A DNA stretch of 62,948 nt, filler included, from Reclinomonas americana ATCC 50394 (lineage: Eukaryota): NCBI GenBank assembly GCA_048213135.1. It is 14 parts of 14 records of this genome, joined end to end, with 100 filler letters (N's around TTAATTAATTAA, not from the genome) between each part and the next. Parts side by side here need not be neighbours in the genome. Positions count along the whole stretch, not along the records: positions 60,412 to 62,948 come from AFZH01020554.1; 13 more parts are not named here. The stretch is one strand, 5' to 3'. The notes under the pieces were generated by a model. That model was not told the DNA's origin and ran no database searches. It was given only the letters and a program-made list of their open reading frames with translations. Below, one piece after another: positions 60,694 through 62,948 of the stretch. Position 1 is the stretch's first letter, and every line of letters begins with the position of its first letter. A program made the translations under genes and the position numbers.

Positions 60694-62892
60694 ATGGGTT
60701 GCACAGTGTCGGATGCGCGTGGTGCTCCGCGTGAGAGACCATACAGGTTGGAGAACGTGCAGCCGGCGTTTCACGGTCGGAACTCGGTGGCCGGCTCATG
60801 TGCAGGCAACGGAGGCCGCGCCTTCTCCCGTTCCACACGGTGTCCAGTGGACGACCTGGCACTCGCGCACCAGTTGGTAGCGGAGGTACGCGAGTGGGGA
60901 AAATGCTCCGCAGCACTCGATATCCACGCGTGCCCCCTAAAATAACATGTTGTTGTTGCACGCACGCAGAGTGGCACCGATTCCATCGGCACTTCCAACG
61001 CCTCGTCACGGCACGTGCGCTTCTACTCCTCTTCGGCAGTGACAGCAGCACATTTGACACAACCGAGCGACGGCGACTATGTGAGTGGCGAGTTTACGGC
61101 TCACACACCGGAGAGGGCGGCGGCGTTGCGCCAGCAGATGCTGCTGCAAAAGAGCCTCGGTGAGTTACCTGTGTGAAGGGAGGGAGAGGGAGAGAGAAGG
61201 AGTGTGTGTGGGAGGAAATGAGAGGTGAGCAGTTTCGGAGGTCGCTCGTCGCAGAGAGAGTGTGGCTAGGTCCGTTGTTGCCATGTATCCGTTTTGTTCG
61301 GAAATAGGGGACTTGTCGTGCGAGGTGGTTGACGTACTGACCCTCTCTATCTTCCCCCTCCGCTGTCAACAGAGATGGGTGCAGGAACGGCCGACGACGA
61401 GGCTGTTGCTGGTTTCCGACCAGTATCATCTGCCGGCGCAGCGGCTGTGGCCAAGTTGCGCAGCAGCGCTTACGGATCGTCGGAGGCGTCGTCAAACTCG
61501 TCGTACGAGCGGCTACGAGTGCGCACAGTGCAGGAGAACTTCCACCCACTGGCCTCACCCGAGGCCATGAAGATCCCTGTCGACGGCTTCCGTCGCCCCA
61601 TTGTGCAGCGATCGACCTCGCAGCCGACGTATGTGATGCCACGGCACACTGAATCGTCGGTGCTGGCCGCTATGCCGCCCATGGGTCAGACGCGCATCCG
61701 CCCCGGCTTCTGCATTCCCGACTTTGGCGACAGCTGCGACAATGTGGAGAATGTGATGCCCAGCGACAGCAACGCCAGCATCGACCACGTGCACCACCAC
61801 CACCAGCAGCAACAAAAGATGGCGGCTCATGCCTTTGGTCAGACCGAAGATGAGGCCGCCATGGCGGCTGCCGTGGCGGCTGCCACCGCTGCCTCGGTCG
61901 CCACCACCACCACGGCCACGACAATGACCACGATGATTGTCGACTCGTCGACGACGGCGAACATGTCGGCACCGGTGCAGCTGACGCACATTGAGATGCC
62001 GCAGCGCGTGCCAGTGGTGTTCTCCACCGAGCCACAACACATGCGAGAGCAGCTGGCGGCCATTCGTCGTGCGGAGAGCAAGATCTCGTCACCGGATCGA
62101 AGGGCATCGGGACCACTTCCGTTGCATGAGGGTTTGTTGTTTCTCCCTGTGTGTCCATAGGTGCGCTGCGGACTCACTCAACGTATTGGGATGCTCGTAG
62201 ATGGCACTGCACGTGTAGATCCAACGACGGCATTCACTCGTCTGGGCGAGTCACGAATGCTGCCGCTGAGCAACTCGAATGTGAAGATGTGGACGATGCT
62301 GACGGCTGGACAGAACGCACATATTCCACAACATCACCAGAATCATCTGGTGCGTGTGCAGCAAAGACTTTCCCCTCCTCCTGTTCTTTCATCTCACCAC
62401 AGACACACACAGGTCCGACACTGGCTGAACGAGACCATGGCGGAGACGTATCAGCTGCAAGTACGGCCGGTGCTCGGAGGCACCAACACGACTGGTGACA
62501 ACGCCGGTGGCACGGCGGCAGGGGCGACACCGACCACGGTGAAGAACATGACGCGACCGGGCACTCTGCCACCACTGCAAAAGATGCAGCGCTTTGTGGG
62601 ACCGGTTGCGGCCGCCGCACCACCACGGCTCTCGGTTGACGTGCCACCGACAGCCACGGTGCCGTGTGTCATCAGTCGGCCGAGCTCGCCAAGTAGCATG
62701 CCACAGTGTGCAGTCGACGACGGCGTCGTGGGAGACAACGACGGGTATCACCAGCAGCAGGGGACTGCCGGCATGCTGGGCGTGTCACCCCGCTCAGCCG
62801 TGACCTCGCTCTCTCGCGACGGTGCACTGACCATGGCCAGCGCCTTCCTGGACGCTTCGCCGAACCCATCACCTCGGAGTGACTTGGTATGA
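60694..62892 (+). CDS. Unknown, largely disordered protein with an MGC N-terminus
   Basis: Start MGCTVS, long open exons at 61375-62130 and 62160-62892, and GT-AG introns. Confidence 0.6.
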
Positions 62893-62948
62893 GCAGCAGC
62901 AGCCGCGTGGTAGGCTGGCTGGGTGCCCGGGCCGCGGAGTTTGTAATT

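Noticed and set aside
1400..62400. Introner-like mobile introns as an explanation for the shared donors
   Set aside because: The intron bodies are mutually dissimilar apart from CA/CT microsatellites, with no shared termini or target duplications.
1369..62892. No TAG among the stop codons of my gene models
   Set aside because: The sample is only about 20 genes, and I found no in-frame TAG in conserved exons. This is not evidence of a code change.
1..62948. CRISPR arrays, rRNA, tRNA, transposase or prokaryotic operons
   Set aside because: None recognised; the window is spliced eukaryotic DNA.

Overview
This is eukaryotic nuclear DNA from a compact, very intron-rich, GC-rich and probably flagellated protist; I cannot identify the lineage. 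Thirteen 100-nt gaps (44N-TTAATTAATTAA-44N) are artificial. I assembled about 22 spliced genes by hand: an ARM-repeat protein, a site-2 protease, two PH proteins, an EPG5-like protein, two WD40 proteins, CCP6/AGBL4, GH76, a carbonyl-reductase SDR, two tandem transportin-like paralogues, a coiled-coil candidate dynein adaptor, NAXE, an EF-hand protein, Tap42/IGBP1, a UvrD/Srs2 helicase, an RNI-like LRR protein and several unknowns. The supplied ORF track mostly reflects exon fragments and shadow frames. The main observation is a second, abundant class of 5' splice site. About 40 introns begin GTTGCG (rarely GTTGAG or GTTGTG), which is the ordinary local donor GTGCG/GTGAG shifted by one nucleotide, and they almost always follow a non-G exon base. 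Conserved protein motifs and identical 123-nt ARM exons support these cut positions. Other leads are a GNRA-capped hairpin cluster in a 1-kb intergenic region, a protein with a CC1 box and Spindly motif, clusters of RPxSA kinase sites, and a transportin tandem duplication with a shortened H8 loop. All gene models are manual and lack transcript support.
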